Notes: generated by a model from the sequence alone, not told the origin. A DNA stretch of 64,000 nt from an uncultured Pelagibacteraceae bacterium (GCA_902622985.1 CACNSH010000002.1:191183-255182); one strand, 5' to 3'. Shown: positions 20,132 through 30,113, numbered from the stretch's first letter. A program made the numbers and translations.

Positions 20132-20218
20132 AATGCTGTAAATGAGTGTACCGCTTAAGCCACGCGAATTTTCAATTGCACTGCTTGGCTTAATTTTGCA
20201 GCGCTATTTGAGTCTCCT
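20130..20218 (-). promoter_or_regulatory. Structured leader element between the SD and ATG of metF (candidate cis-regulatory RNA or miniature inserted element)
   Basis: Nested inverted repeats ATAGCGCTGCAAA/TTTACAGCATTAT and TTAAGCCA/TGGCTTAA; SD AGGAGA at 20213-20218. Confidence 0.55.
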
Positions 20219-20321
20219 AAAACAAAATTTAAGTAAAAATTTGTTCTATAGCAATACATTTTTGTAGACTCCTATCTGTAAAGTTCTTAAGTTGTCTAGG
20301 TTTTTAATATTAGTATTATTT

Positions 20322-21989
20322 ATGGCTGTACTCTCAGATATTGAAATTGCTAGAGAAAATAGCATGGCTCCTATTGAAGAAATTGCTTCAAAATTAGACT
20401 TAAAAGATCAAAATCTGCAAAAATTTGGACACCACATTGCTAAAATTGATACTCAACATATAGAAAGTAATAACAAGAACGGAAAACTCATTTTAGTGAC
20501 GGCCATTTCACCTACCCCAGCGGGCGAAGGAAAGACTACTACATCAGTCGGTCTTAGTGATGGCTTAAATAAAATTGGAAAACAGTCATTGGTATGCTTG
20601 AGAGAACCTAGTTTAGGACCTTGCTTTGGTGTCAAAGGGGGTGCTGCAGGAGGCGGTTACGCCCAAGTAGTACCAATGGATAAAATTAATTTACATTTCA
20701 CAGGTGATTTCCATGCGATCACATCAGCACATAACCTCCTTGCATCGATGATTGATAACCATATTTATTGGGGAAACGATTTAGGAATTGATACAAGAAG
20801 AGTGGTTTGGGGACGTGTTGTAGATTTAAATGATCGTGCTTTAAGAAATATTAATGTTAATTTAGGCGGTATAGCCAACGGATACCCACGTGAGGATAAA
20901 TTCGATATTACTGTTGCATCTGAAGTGATGGCAATTTTTTGTTTATCTACAAGTTTAGACGATTTACAAAATAGACTTGGGAATATCATTGTTGGTTATA
21001 CAAGGGAGAAGAAAGAAATTACGGCGCGAGACTTAAATGCAGACGGCGCGATGACTACTTTGCTAAAAGATGCTTTCTTACCTAATCTTGTTCAAACACT
21101 GGAGAAAAATCCTGCTATCATTCATGGGGGTCCTTTTGCAAATATTGCCCATGGATGCAATTCTTTAGTTGCTACTCAAACTGCTCTTAAATTAAGTGAT
21201 TATGTTGTAACAGAAGCAGGCTTTGGTGCAGATCTTGGAGCAGAAAAATTTTTAGACATAAAGTGCCGTAAGGGGAAATTAAATCCTTCAGCAATAGTAA
21301 TAGTTGCAACAGTTCGAGCGTTAAAAATGCATGGCGGTATGGATAAAAAAGAATTAAAAAATGAAAATGTTGAAGCTGTAAAAAAAGGTTTATCAAATTT
21401 AAAGCAGCACATTGCAAATATGCAAATGTATGGGGCGCCTGTTACAGTTGCTATTAATCATTTCATATCTGACAGTGAAAAAGAATTGTCAGCAATCAGC
21501 GATTGCTGTGACTCATTAAATGTAAAGTCATTTAATTGCACACATTGGAGCAATGGTGGTGCAGGCACAGAGGACCTAGCAAAGCACATAGTAAAAATTA
21601 CTGAGCAAAATGCTCCAAAGATAAAGTACCTTTATCCGGACGAAATGAAATTGTGGGATAAGATGAAAAAAATCGCACAAGAAATATATGGAGCGAGCGA
21701 TATTATTGCTGACCAAAAAATAAGAATGCAGTTTGACGACTTGGAGGAAAAATATGGCCATTACCCAATATGTGTAGCTAAAACTCAATACAGCTTCTCA
21801 ACTGATCCAAATCTAAGAGGCGCTCCAAAAGACCATGTAGTTCCTATCAGAGAAGTTAGACTAGCAGCGGGTGCAGAATTCCTCGTAGTTGTATGCGATA
21901 AGATTATGACTATGCCAGGTCTGCCTAGAGTTCCAGCTGCAAATGCTATACACTTAAATAAAAATGGCGACATAGAGGGATTGTTTTAA
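20322..21989 (+). CDS. fhs: Formate--tetrahydrofolate ligase
   Basis: [54 protein letters not shown]; start placed at ATG 20322. Confidence 0.97.
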   Translation: MAVLSDIEIARENSMAPIEEIASKLDLKDQNLQKFGHHIAKIDTQHIESNNKNGKLILVTAISPTPAGEGKTTTSVGLSDGLNKIGKQSLVCLREPSLGPCFGVKGGAAGGGYAQVVPMDKINLHFTGDFHAITSAHNLLASMIDNHIYWGNDLGIDTRRVVWGRVVDLNDRALRNINVNLGGIANGYPREDKFDITVASEVMAIFCLSTSLDDLQNRLGNIIVGYTREKKEITARDLNADGAMTTLLKDAFLPNLVQTLEKNPAIIHGGPFANIAHGCNSLVATQTALKLSDYVVTEAGFGADLGAEKFLDIKCRKGKLNPSAIVIVATVRALKMHGGMDKKELKNENVEAVKKGLSNLKQHIANMQMYGAPVTVAINHFISDSEKELSAISDCCDSLNVKSFNCTHWSNGGAGTEDLAKHIVKITEQNAPKIKYLYPDEMKLWDKMKKIAQEIYGASDIIADQKIRMQFDDLEEKYGHYPICVAKTQYSFSTDPNLRGAPKDHVVPIREVRLAAGAEFLVVVCDKIMTMPGLPRVPAANAIHLNKNGDIEGLF

Positions 21990-23632
21990 TGGCTCACATG
22001 TATGATACAAATTTAGACAAAAACGATGCAAATTTTACACCGTTGTCTCCTTTAAGTTTTCTCATAAGAGCAGCGGAAGTTTATCCAAACAGAACTTCGA
22101 TTATACATGGCAAAAACCAATTTACATGGTCTGAAACATATAAAAGAAGCAAACAACTTGCGAGCGCACTTTCTAAAAGAGGTATAGGAAAGGGAGATAC
22201 TGTTGCGGTTCTTTGTTTTAATACTCCTGAAATATATGAGACACATTTTGGTGTTCCTATGATAGGCGCTGTATTAAATACGATAAACATCAGATTAGAT
22301 GTAGATACAATTAGCTATATTCTTGAGCACGGTGAAGCAAAAGCATTGATCACTGACAATGAGCTTTCACCGACGATAAAACAAGTACTCGATAAGATAA
22401 AAAATAAAATTCTTGTAATAGATATTGATGATGAACTAGCAAATCATCCTGAGGGAGCTGGAGAGAATCTTGGAGAAATTAATTATGAGGATTTTCTTTT
22501 AACAGGTGACAGTGATCTCGAATGGAGTTTGCCAGATGATGAATGGCAATCATTAGCGCTCAACTATACGTCAGGCACCACTGGATTACCAAAAGGGGTT
22601 GTTTATCATCACAGAGGCTCATACTTGATGGCACTTGGATCTATTACTGCTTTTAGTATGCCAATGCATCCTACTTATATGTGGGTTGTTCCAATGTTTC
22701 ATTGTAATGGTTGGGGTAATCCCTACACGCTTACAGCCCTAGCAGGCACAAGTGTATGCCTTAGATATGTTTCAGCTAAAAATATGTTTGATGCTATTGC
22801 AGATCATAAAGTAACTCATTTTGGTGGCGCACCAATTGTTCTAAATTTTCTAGCACAAGCAACAGCTGAGGAAAAAAGAGAATACTCTCAACAAGTATAT
22901 GTAGTCACAGCAGGAGCTCCTCCACCCGCAGCCACATTAGAAGCGGTTCAAAAAATGGGTTTTGACGTTACTCATGTTTATGGACTGACTGAAACATACG
23001 GACATATCTCATTATGCGCATGGCAGGATGAATGGAATGAGCTATCAGTTGAAGAACAGTCAAAGCTTAGATCAAGGCAGGGCGTAAAATTTCCAATGAT
23101 GGATGGCCTAGCAATTATGAACCCTGAGACTATGGAGCACGTTAAGAATGACGGTGAAGAAATAGGTGAGATTATGATACGCGGCAACTGTGTAATGAAG
23201 GGATATTTAAAAAATAAGGAAGAAACAGATAAAGCTATGGCAGGAGGCTGGTTTCACTCAGGTGATCTGGCTGTAATGCATCCTAATGGTTACATTCAAA
23301 TAAAAGATAGAAGCAAAGATATAATCATCTCTGGTGGTGAAAATGTCTCATCAGTTGAAATAGAAAACACACTTTATAAACATCCATCTGTATTATTTGC
23401 TGCAGTGGTTGCAAAACCAGATGAAAAATGGGGTGAAACACCATGTGCTTTTATCGAATTAAAAGATCAAAATGATAGCGTGAGTGAAGGCGATATTATT
23501 TCATTTTGTAAAGAAACTCTTGCTGGCTTTAAGTGTCCTAAAAAAGTAGTTTTTACTGAACTACCAAAAACTTCAACAGGTAAGATATTAAAATACGAAC
23601 TGAGAGAAATGGCTAAAGCCGCCGACGCTTAA
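21989..23632 (+). CDS. Acyl-CoA synthetase, 3-methylmercaptopropionyl-CoA ligase (DmdB)-like
   Basis: YDTNLDKNDAN..PLSPLSFL N-terminus, YTSGTTGLPKGVVYHHRG, PMFHCNGW, YGLTE, typical of the DmdB clade. Confidence 0.8.
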   Translation: MAHMYDTNLDKNDANFTPLSPLSFLIRAAEVYPNRTSIIHGKNQFTWSETYKRSKQLASALSKRGIGKGDTVAVLCFNTPEIYETHFGVPMIGAVLNTINIRLDVDTISYILEHGEAKALITDNELSPTIKQVLDKIKNKILVIDIDDELANHPEGAGENLGEINYEDFLLTGDSDLEWSLPDDEWQSLALNYTSGTTGLPKGVVYHHRGSYLMALGSITAFSMPMHPTYMWVVPMFHCNGWGNPYTLTALAGTSVCLRYVSAKNMFDAIADHKVTHFGGAPIVLNFLAQATAEEKREYSQQVYVVTAGAPPPAATLEAVQKMGFDVTHVYGLTETYGHISLCAWQDEWNELSVEEQSKLRSRQGVKFPMMDGLAIMNPETMEHVKNDGEEIGEIMIRGNCVMKGYLKNKEETDKAMAGGWFHSGDLAVMHPNGYIQIKDRSKDIIISGGENVSSVEIENTLYKHPSVLFAAVVAKPDEKWGETPCAFIELKDQNDSVSEGDIISFCKETLAGFKCPKKVVFTELPKTSTGKILKYELREMAKAADA

Positions 23633-25080
23633 GAAAAATGAATAGAATCGTCGTTTAGTCGGCCAAATTTAATACCAAAGAAATCTTTAAAATAATTTTG
23701 TGTATTGATCCATGGTGACCTGCTGCCTTGTTGGGGGAATAAATGAATAGCTCGATGTATGTATCCTGAGGAGAACTCAGTCGCGAGCCAATCTTTTTCA
23801 GCTTTCACATCCACTGGAACCCTTGGGACACAATGACTGTAGTTATTCTGATCAAGATAATTAATTAATCTACAAGCATATTCACAGGTTAAATCTGCTT
23901 TCAAGGTCCAAGATGCATTAATATAACCAAAAGAATTTACGAAATTTGGAATACCGCTGAACATCATACTTTTATAAGTCATTGTTTCAGAAGGCTCGAC
24001 CAATTTGCCGTCGATATGAACTTGGACACCACCAAAAGATTGTAAGTTTAAACCTGTAGCAGTTACGACAACATCAGCTTCAATATTTTGCCCTGATTTT
24101 AGCTTTATTCCCTTGCTAGTAAACTTATCGATATGATCTGTAACGACTGACGCTCTATTGTCTCTTATGGACTCAAACAAATCGCCATTTGGAATAAGAC
24201 ACATTCTCTGTTCCCATGGATAATATCGCGGAGTAAAATGTTTTGAAATATCGTGATTAGGCAATAATTCTTTAACTCCATCTATGAGCTTTCGTTTTAC
24301 ATACTTTGGATATGATCTACAAATTCTGTAGAGAAGCTGCTGAAAGAATACATTTCGTAACCTAACAAGAGTGTAAGACATTTTTTGTGGTAAAACTTTT
24401 TTTAAAAAATTTGCAAATCTATCTTCATCTGGACTTGGAAAATAATATGTTGGTGAGCGTTGTAACATCGTTACGTGTTTAGCTTTTTTTGATAGTTCGG
24501 GAACTATAGTTGCTGCTGTTGCACCACTACCGATAACAACCATTTTCTTATCTGTGTAGTCAAAATCTTCAGGCCACTTCTGAGGATGTATTAATTTACC
24601 TTCGTACTTGTCTAGGTCATCAAATTCAGGTGTGTATCCTTCATCATAATTATAATATCCTGTCCCCATGAATAGAAAGTTTGCTGTTAATAATATTTCT
24701 TGCTCATGATGAGCAGCTCTTACTTCCCAATTTCGCTCTGCTGAATTCCAGTTTGCGCTTAAGACTTTGTGACTAAATTTTATTTTTTCGCGTAAATTAT
24801 TTTCTTCAACTGTTTCTTCTAAATAACTTAAGATGGAAGGTCCGTTTGCAATTGTTTTTTGCTCTTTCCATGGCTTAAATGCATACCCGAGTGTGAACAT
24901 ATCTGAGTCTGATCTTATTCCTGGATATTTAAATAAGTCCCATGTACCGCCTATATTCTCTCTCCCTTCAATAATACAAAAGGATTTATTAGGACAATTT
25001 TTTTTTAAGTAATATCCAGCTCCTATACCCGAGATTCCAGCGCCAATTACAATTACATTAAAATGATTGCTATTTTCCAT
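23629..25080 (-). CDS. Baeyer-Villiger/EthA-type flavin monooxygenase
   Basis: GAGISG, GGTWDLFKYPGIRSDSD, YEGKLIHPQKW, GSGATA, ASWTLKAD. Confidence 0.92.
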   Translation of the reverse strand: MENSNHFNVIVIGAGISGIGAGYYLKKNCPNKSFCIIEGRENIGGTWDLFKYPGIRSDSDMFTLGYAFKPWKEQKTIANGPSILSYLEETVEENNLREKIKFSHKVLSANWNSAERNWEVRAAHHEQEILLTANFLFMGTGYYNYDEGYTPEFDDLDKYEGKLIHPQKWPEDFDYTDKKMVVIGSGATAATIVPELSKKAKHVTMLQRSPTYYFPSPDEDRFANFLKKVLPQKMSYTLVRLRNVFFQQLLYRICRSYPKYVKRKLIDGVKELLPNHDISKHFTPRYYPWEQRMCLIPNGDLFESIRDNRASVVTDHIDKFTSKGIKLKSGQNIEADVVVTATGLNLQSFGGVQVHIDGKLVEPSETMTYKSMMFSGIPNFVNSFGYINASWTLKADLTCEYACRLINYLDQNNYSHCVPRVPVDVKAEKDWLATEFSSGYIHRAIHLFPQQGSRSPWINTQNYFKDFFGIKFGRLNDDSIHFS

Positions 25081-25085
25081 TGATA

Positions 25086-25715
25086 TTAATTCTTAATCGA
25101 TATTTCCACTGCATCATATATATTATTTCTATACTCTAATTTCGAGCTAAAATTTTGAGACAGATATTCCCCGGATTCTCTTACATGATCGAAATATTCA
25201 GCCATTTGATCTTTAAAAATCCCAACATTATCAGCAAATACTACAGAATTTTTGACAATTATGCCCTTTGATTCCAAAAGTTTTAAATCCGAAAGATACT
25301 TTTTCTTCGCATGATCAATAAATACAAAATCAGCATTGAAGTTTAATTTTGGTATTATTTCCTCAGCACTTCCGTGCATCAAGTTTACTTTATGATCTAG
25401 TCCAGCAAAGTTAATTAATTCTTTCGCTATTTCTATAGAGTGAATGTCTGAGTCAATCGAAGTTAATTGACTTTTTTCTCCAATAGTTGATGAGATTAAT
25501 ACTGCTGAATATCCAATAAAAGTTCCTAACTCTATTACATTATTTGGTTTTGACTTTAAAAGATGATTTTTTAAAATTTCTCCTTTCTCTGGACCGACAT
25601 TCATTAAGAACTGACCACTTTCTAACACAAAATTATCTATTGTTTGCAGAATAGATTTCGGATTGTTTCTTTCAGCATTTGAAAAAACATAATCCAAAGT
25701 TTGTCGCATCAACAT
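25086..25715 (-). CDS. Catechol O-methyltransferase-like protein
   Basis: MNVGPEKG, ELGTFIGYS, FIDH-K, ADNV. Confidence 0.85.
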   Translation of the reverse strand: MLMRQTLDYVFSNAERNNPKSILQTIDNFVLESGQFLMNVGPEKGEILKNHLLKSKPNNVIELGTFIGYSAVLISSTIGEKSQLTSIDSDIHSIEIAKELINFAGLDHKVNLMHGSAEEIIPKLNFNADFVFIDHAKKKYLSDLKLLESKGIIVKNSVVFADNVGIFKDQMAEYFDHVRESGEYLSQNFSSKLEYRNNIYDAVEISIKN

Positions 25716-25718
25716 AAG

Positions 25719-26345
25719 TTATTTTAGTGGACTAGCGGCGCCCCAGTAATGATAGCTTAAAAATTTTGGTCCAGGAACATACATGCTGTCTATTTTATCT
25801 ATTTTAAAATTAGCTTTCGTTATTTCATTTGGAATATCTACATCAAGATGACAACCGCCCGCTATCCTTTTTTGAATCCCGTTCATTCTTTTTTGCCATT
25901 TCAAAACATTTGAGTCAGGAGATTTGCCATGTTCAGAGAATAGAAATTTAGCGTTTGGTTTCATAACTCTGTTTATTTCAGACATAGCACTGTCTAAGCC
26001 AGGAATGGAACACATTGTGTAAGTGCTAATCACTGTATCAAATGAGTTATTATCGAAAGGTAACTCCTCAGCCTTAAGTTGTTGGATATTCAAATCTATA
26101 TTGTTTAATTCTGCATTTTGTTTTGCTTTTTTCAACAATACGCCATCCGGCTCAACAGCAAACACCTCAGATACATTTGCTTTATTGTAATAATTGAAAT
26201 TTAATCCTGAACCAATACCTATTTCTAATACTCTACCAGACGCAAAGGGTATGACTTTTTCTCTTTGTTTTCTGAATGGTTTCATTTGCATCGCATAATT
26301 AATGAGATGCGGACAAATATATTTATCGTATAGTTTTTGCAGCAA
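25719..26345 (-). CDS. Class I SAM-dependent methyltransferase
   Basis: VLEIGIGSGLN, LPFDNNSFD, TMCSI, FSEHG, GGCHL. Confidence 0.9.
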   Translation of the reverse strand: MLQKLYDKYICPHLINYAMQMKPFRKQREKVIPFASGRVLEIGIGSGLNFNYYNKANVSEVFAVEPDGVLLKKAKQNAELNNIDLNIQQLKAEELPFDNNSFDTVISTYTMCSIPGLDSAMSEINRVMKPNAKFLFSEHGKSPDSNVLKWQKRMNGIQKRIAGGCHLDVDIPNEITKANFKIDKIDSMYVPGPKFLSYHYWGAASPLK

Positions 26346-27371
26346 TTATTTTACACCTAATTTTTTTTGAATATCGCTTGATGAAGTTGTGTATCGAAAT
26401 GTTAGCGTTTCATCTGGTCTAGCGCGTATAAAAGCTTTCTGTGCTGCTAGGGCGGCTTCATGAAAGCCTGATAGAATTAACTTTAGTTTACCTGGGTAAT
26501 AAGAAATGTCTCCCATTGCAAATACTCCTGGTAAATTCGTTTCAAAATTTTCCGTATTTACCTCAATTTGTTTTTCATTCAAATTTAGGCCCCAATCATT
26601 AATGGGTCCTAGCTCCATTTTAAGTCCATAAAAAATTAGGATTTCGTCACAATCTATAATTTTTTCATTTCCGTAATTATCTTTTATGATTGCATTTTCA
26701 ACTCTATTACTGCCCTTAACATCACTAATCTGATTTTTTGTAATCAAGTCAACTTGACCTTCTTTAACAAGTTGTTTCATTAAATTAACCGTGTGATTAG
26801 CTGCTTTAAACTCATCACGTCTATGAACTAATGTTACATGAGAAGCAATTTTTGAAAGTTCAACAGTCCAGTCAAGCGCGCTATCACCTCCACCAAAAAT
26901 TATAATTTTTTTATCTTTATAAAAGTTTTTATCAGGTATCGAATATTGAATACCTTTATTTTCATATTTAGATACATTTTCAATTGGTGGTTTTCGTGGC
27001 TCGAATGAGCCAACGCCACCAGCTATAAATATATTCGGAGTTTCAAAAACTTTATTGCCGGTAGTTTTAAGTTTCCATAAGTCGCCAGTATTTATTATTT
27101 CATCAATTCTTTCATTAAGGTGAAACGGCGTATTAAATGGCTTGATTTGTTTTTGTAAATTTTCAATTAATGATAATCCAGTACATTCTGGAAGCGCAGG
27201 TATATCGTAAATTGGTTTGTCTGGATATAACTCTGCACATTGTCCTCCAATTTTGTCAAGATTATCTACAACGTGACTATCAAGCCCTAATATACCTAAC
27301 TCAAATACTGCAAACAGTCCCACAGGGCCCGCTCCAATTATTAGACAATCTGTCTTGATAGTTTCAGACAT
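26346..27371 (-). CDS. Ferredoxin--NADP reductase (TrxB-like)
   Basis: GAGPVG, GGQCAELYPDKPIYDIP, GGGDSALDW, YPGKLKLILSGFHEA; no CxxC. Confidence 0.92.
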   Translation of the reverse strand: MSETIKTDCLIIGAGPVGLFAVFELGILGLDSHVVDNLDKIGGQCAELYPDKPIYDIPALPECTGLSLIENLQKQIKPFNTPFHLNERIDEIINTGDLWKLKTTGNKVFETPNIFIAGGVGSFEPRKPPIENVSKYENKGIQYSIPDKNFYKDKKIIIFGGGDSALDWTVELSKIASHVTLVHRRDEFKAANHTVNLMKQLVKEGQVDLITKNQISDVKGSNRVENAIIKDNYGNEKIIDCDEILIFYGLKMELGPINDWGLNLNEKQIEVNTENFETNLPGVFAMGDISYYPGKLKLILSGFHEAALAAQKAFIRARPDETLTFRYTTSSSDIQKKLGVK

Positions 27372-27423
27372 ATATTTATTCCTTGTTATATGATAATAAA
27401 TAATATTACTTATTGATTATACA

Positions 27424-28023
27424 ATGATTTTATTGCGCAGATACCTATTATATTTTATTGCAGTAATATTGATTGCAGTGGCCTTTACTTATGCCTCTGC
27501 CAAGCTTTACGAAGAATTTGCATTTATCAAGAACGACAATTGGCAAATTTTGCCATCTCCAGGCGATAAAAACAGAGATATTTATACAAGGGCCGCTGTC
27601 GCAATGAGAGGAACATTTGCTTTGGCAAAGCCTGAGGCTGCATATTTCCATGCATTTAATGACATTGAAGAACTAGAATTACAAGGCAACTGCAATTATC
27701 ATTTATTCGGAAACGATATTGAATCTAGATGGTGGAGCATCACCGTCTACAATGAGGACGGTTATTTAGTTGAAAATAATGAAAAAATATATGCTTTAAA
27801 TAGTGAAACAATTGATTTCAATATCGATGGCGGGTTCGATATTTATTTAACTAATGACAATAATTTTATTTCAAAAGTAGCTGATAAAAATTGGATGAGG
27901 ACACCTAGTGATGAGAGTTTTTCTGTAGCATTAAGAATTTATCTACCAGGCGAAGAATATTTCTCAAAATTAAAAAGAGTGGATTTACCAGTTATTGAAA
28001 AATTGGAGTGTGGTGATGAGTAA
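27424..28023 (+). CDS. DUF1214 domain protein
   Basis: N-terminal TM; YTRAAVA, EAAYF, RWWSITVY, LRIYLP. Confidence 0.8.
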   Translation: MILLRRYLLYFIAVILIAVAFTYASAKLYEEFAFIKNDNWQILPSPGDKNRDIYTRAAVAMRGTFALAKPEAAYFHAFNDIEELELQGNCNYHLFGNDIESRWWSITVYNEDGYLVENNEKIYALNSETIDFNIDGGFDIYLTNDNNFISKVADKNWMRTPSDESFSVALRIYLPGEEYFSKLKRVDLPVIEKLECGDE

Positions 28024-28543
28024 TTTAGCAAAAAAATTATTTGCACTTGTGTTCATTGGGTTTTCTCTTCATCTAGTGATAATTTACTACACACCTAGTT
28101 TAATGATGAAGTTTATTGGCAGAAATTGGGAAGAGCAAAATATGATTAATAATTCTTTTGCTCGCGATTTACCTGACTCAGAATTTACTGAAGTTATAAG
28201 GCCAAGTGCTGACATACTTTATGGTGGATGTGCTTATGACGTTACCTACTTTCCATTAGTTATAGAAACTGAAGTACCCGAGTCTTACTGGTCGATATCA
28301 TTCTTTTCAGAAAATACTGACAACTTTTCTACAATAAATGAAAATGCGCACAAAATTGGTAAGCTTAAAATTTATTTGTTTGGACCAAATTCTATGCCAA
28401 CAAAGGTAAATGATGGGTTTATTGTTGTTTCCCCGTCTAATAAAGGCCTTATGTTAATGAGACAATTTATAGGAGATGGTTCTAAACTTGATAAATTAAA
28501 TGAGATACAAAATAGTTTAGACTGTAAACTTGAGGGTTCTTAA
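28016..28543 (+). CDS. DUF1254 domain protein
   Basis: [23 protein letters not shown]; overlaps the DUF1214 gene; start placed at ATG 28016. Confidence 0.78.
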   Translation: MSNLAKKLFALVFIGFSLHLVIIYYTPSLMMKFIGRNWEEQNMINNSFARDLPDSEFTEVIRPSADILYGGCAYDVTYFPLVIETEVPESYWSISFFSENTDNFSTINENAHKIGKLKIYLFGPNSMPTKVNDGFIVVSPSNKGLMLMRQFIGDGSKLDKLNEIQNSLDCKLEGS

Positions 28544-28860
28544 AACTGTTTCTCAGGCATATTAACAACTAAACCGTCTAGCTCATCAGAGACAGTAATT
28601 TGACAACTTAACCTGCTGTTATCTTTAACGTCGAAAGCAAAATCCAGCATATCTTCCTCAGAGTCCTCTTTCGGAGGCAGTTTTTCTAACCATTCTTTTG
28701 CAACATATACATGACAGGTAGCACATGCACATGCACCACCACAATCTGCATCAATACCAGGTATTTTATTCTTGATCGCACCCTCCATGACAGTCAGCCC
28801 ACTGCTAACATCAATTTCGTGCTCCGCACCACTAAATTCGATATATTTGATCTTTGCCAT
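28540..28860 (-). CDS. fdx: 2Fe-2S ferredoxin (adrenodoxin type)
   Basis: [11 protein letters not shown] and SRLSCQ; start placed at MAKIKY (28860). Confidence 0.93.
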   Translation of the reverse strand: MAKIKYIEFSGAEHEIDVSSGLTVMEGAIKNKIPGIDADCGGACACATCHVYVAKEWLEKLPPKEDSEEDMLDFAFDVKDNSRLSCQITVSDELDGLVVNMPEKQF

Positions 28861-28915
28861 TGAGATTTTTTTAAGAATATTTAAAAATGCATTGCTTAAG
28901 GGGATCAAATACATC

Positions 28916-29002
28916 AAAAAAGCGCCAAAGCAAGAATTTTCTCACTTTAGCGCTTTTTCTGGGGCCGGTCGAACCCCGAAACGCATGAACGTCTCATTGC
29001 GA
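28916..29002 (-). ncRNA. Candidate small RNA / terminating leader RNA (three hairpins)
   Basis: GC-rich island. Promoter TTGTTT-16-TAGAAT upstream. Hairpins with G-U pairs only on the minus strand, ending in a U6 terminator. Confidence 0.6.
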
Positions 29003-29057
29003 ATGGTCATTCTAGAAAGGTATTTTTTTGAAACAAGGGGTTATTTATGAAAAAAAG

Positions 29058-29089
29058 TTATCCACACGAATTAAGCACACTTATCCCCA
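29058..29089 (+). promoter_or_regulatory. Tandem DnaA boxes
   Basis: TTATCCACA (29058, perfect), TTAAGCACA (29071), TTATCCCCA (29081). Confidence 0.55.
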
Positions 29090-29110
29090 TTCAAACATTA
29101 ACTTATTAAC

Positions 29111-30106
29111 ATGATATCAAAGCCGTATTTATTATTTCTTGGAGACGCAAAAGATGATTTGGCAATAAAGACTGCTGCGGGCGTTAATTACTGGCGTCCA
29201 GATTGGTGTATCGGTCAAATGAGCCTTCCAAATGCCAAATCTAGCTTAGGTTTACAGGAAATGAGTATAGAAGAAGCTGTTAAGAATGGTGCAAAGACAT
29301 TTGTTATTGGCGTGGTGAATGCCGGGGGCGTTATGCCTGAAGAATGGAAATCAATTATAATTAATGCAATATCATCTGGAATGAATGTAGCCAGCGGAAT
29401 GCATACAAAACTATCCTCGTTTAGTGAAATTGCAGAAGCGGCTGAAAGAAATAATGTTCAACTTCATGATTTACGGTTTAGTAATAAACAATTTCAGACA
29501 GGAAAAGGAATAAAACGATCAGGCAAAAGACTCCTTACTGTTGGAACAGATTGTTCTGTGGGAAAGAAATATACAGCACTCGCAATTGAAAGTGCGATGC
29601 AGAGTAATCAAATAGATGCATCTTTCAAAGCAACTGGACAAACTGGAATCTTAATAGCAGAAAGTGGCATTGCAATTGATGCTATCGTTTCTGATTTTAT
29701 CTCAGGAGCAGTCGAATGGTTATCACCTGACAATGATGATAATCACTGGGATATTATTGAAGGTCAGGGATCTCTGTTTCACCCTTCATTCGCAGGAGTT
29801 TCACTTGGATTGCTTCATGGAAGCCAACCGGATGCATTTGTTGTATGTCATGAACCAACACGAACTAATATGAGGGGTGTGGATACACCTTTACCGAGCA
29901 TCAGAGAGGTTATCGATCAGACAATACAAAATGGCAAGCTCACTAATAAGCAAATACAATGCATTGGCATCGCACTTAATACATCTAATTGTCAATCTGA
30001 GGCAAGTGATCATAAGGACAGATTATCTAAAGAATATGGCTTACCATGTTTGGACCCTTTACAAGACAGCCTTGATCCATTCATTCAGATTATTGAAAAA
30101 ATTTGA
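29111..30106 (+). CDS. dgcN: D-glutamate N-acetyltransferase (DUF1611 family)
   Basis: PYLLFLGD, KTAAG..WRP, VGTDCSVGKKYT, ATGQTG, IEGQGSLFHP; adjacent to dgcA. Confidence 0.88.
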   Translation: MISKPYLLFLGDAKDDLAIKTAAGVNYWRPDWCIGQMSLPNAKSSLGLQEMSIEEAVKNGAKTFVIGVVNAGGVMPEEWKSIIINAISSGMNVASGMHTKLSSFSEIAEAAERNNVQLHDLRFSNKQFQTGKGIKRSGKRLLTVGTDCSVGKKYTALAIESAMQSNQIDASFKATGQTGILIAESGIAIDAIVSDFISGAVEWLSPDNDDNHWDIIEGQGSLFHPSFAGVSLGLLHGSQPDAFVVCHEPTRTNMRGVDTPLPSIREVIDQTIQNGKLTNKQIQCIGIALNTSNCQSEASDHKDRLSKEYGLPCLDPLQDSLDPFIQIIEKI

Positions 30107-30113
30107 AACATTA

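Noticed and set aside
20132-20200. Possible SAM-V/SAM-II, THF or ZTP riboswitch
   Set aside because: Only superficial similarity (TTAAGCC..GCAGT, TTGAA). The conserved cores of these classes are not recognisable, so it is kept only as an unassigned structured element.
28961-28977. GGTTCGA resembling a tRNA T-loop
   Set aside because: No cloverleaf, acceptor stem or CCA.
28772-29050. 92-aa plus-strand ORF and the N-terminal extension of fdx to 28917
   Set aside because: Antisense to fdx and the structured RNA; ferredoxin homology starts at MAKIKY.
29877-30113. 79-aa N-terminal extension of dgcA overlapping dgcN
   Set aside because: Open frame by chance; the family domain begins at ATG 30114.
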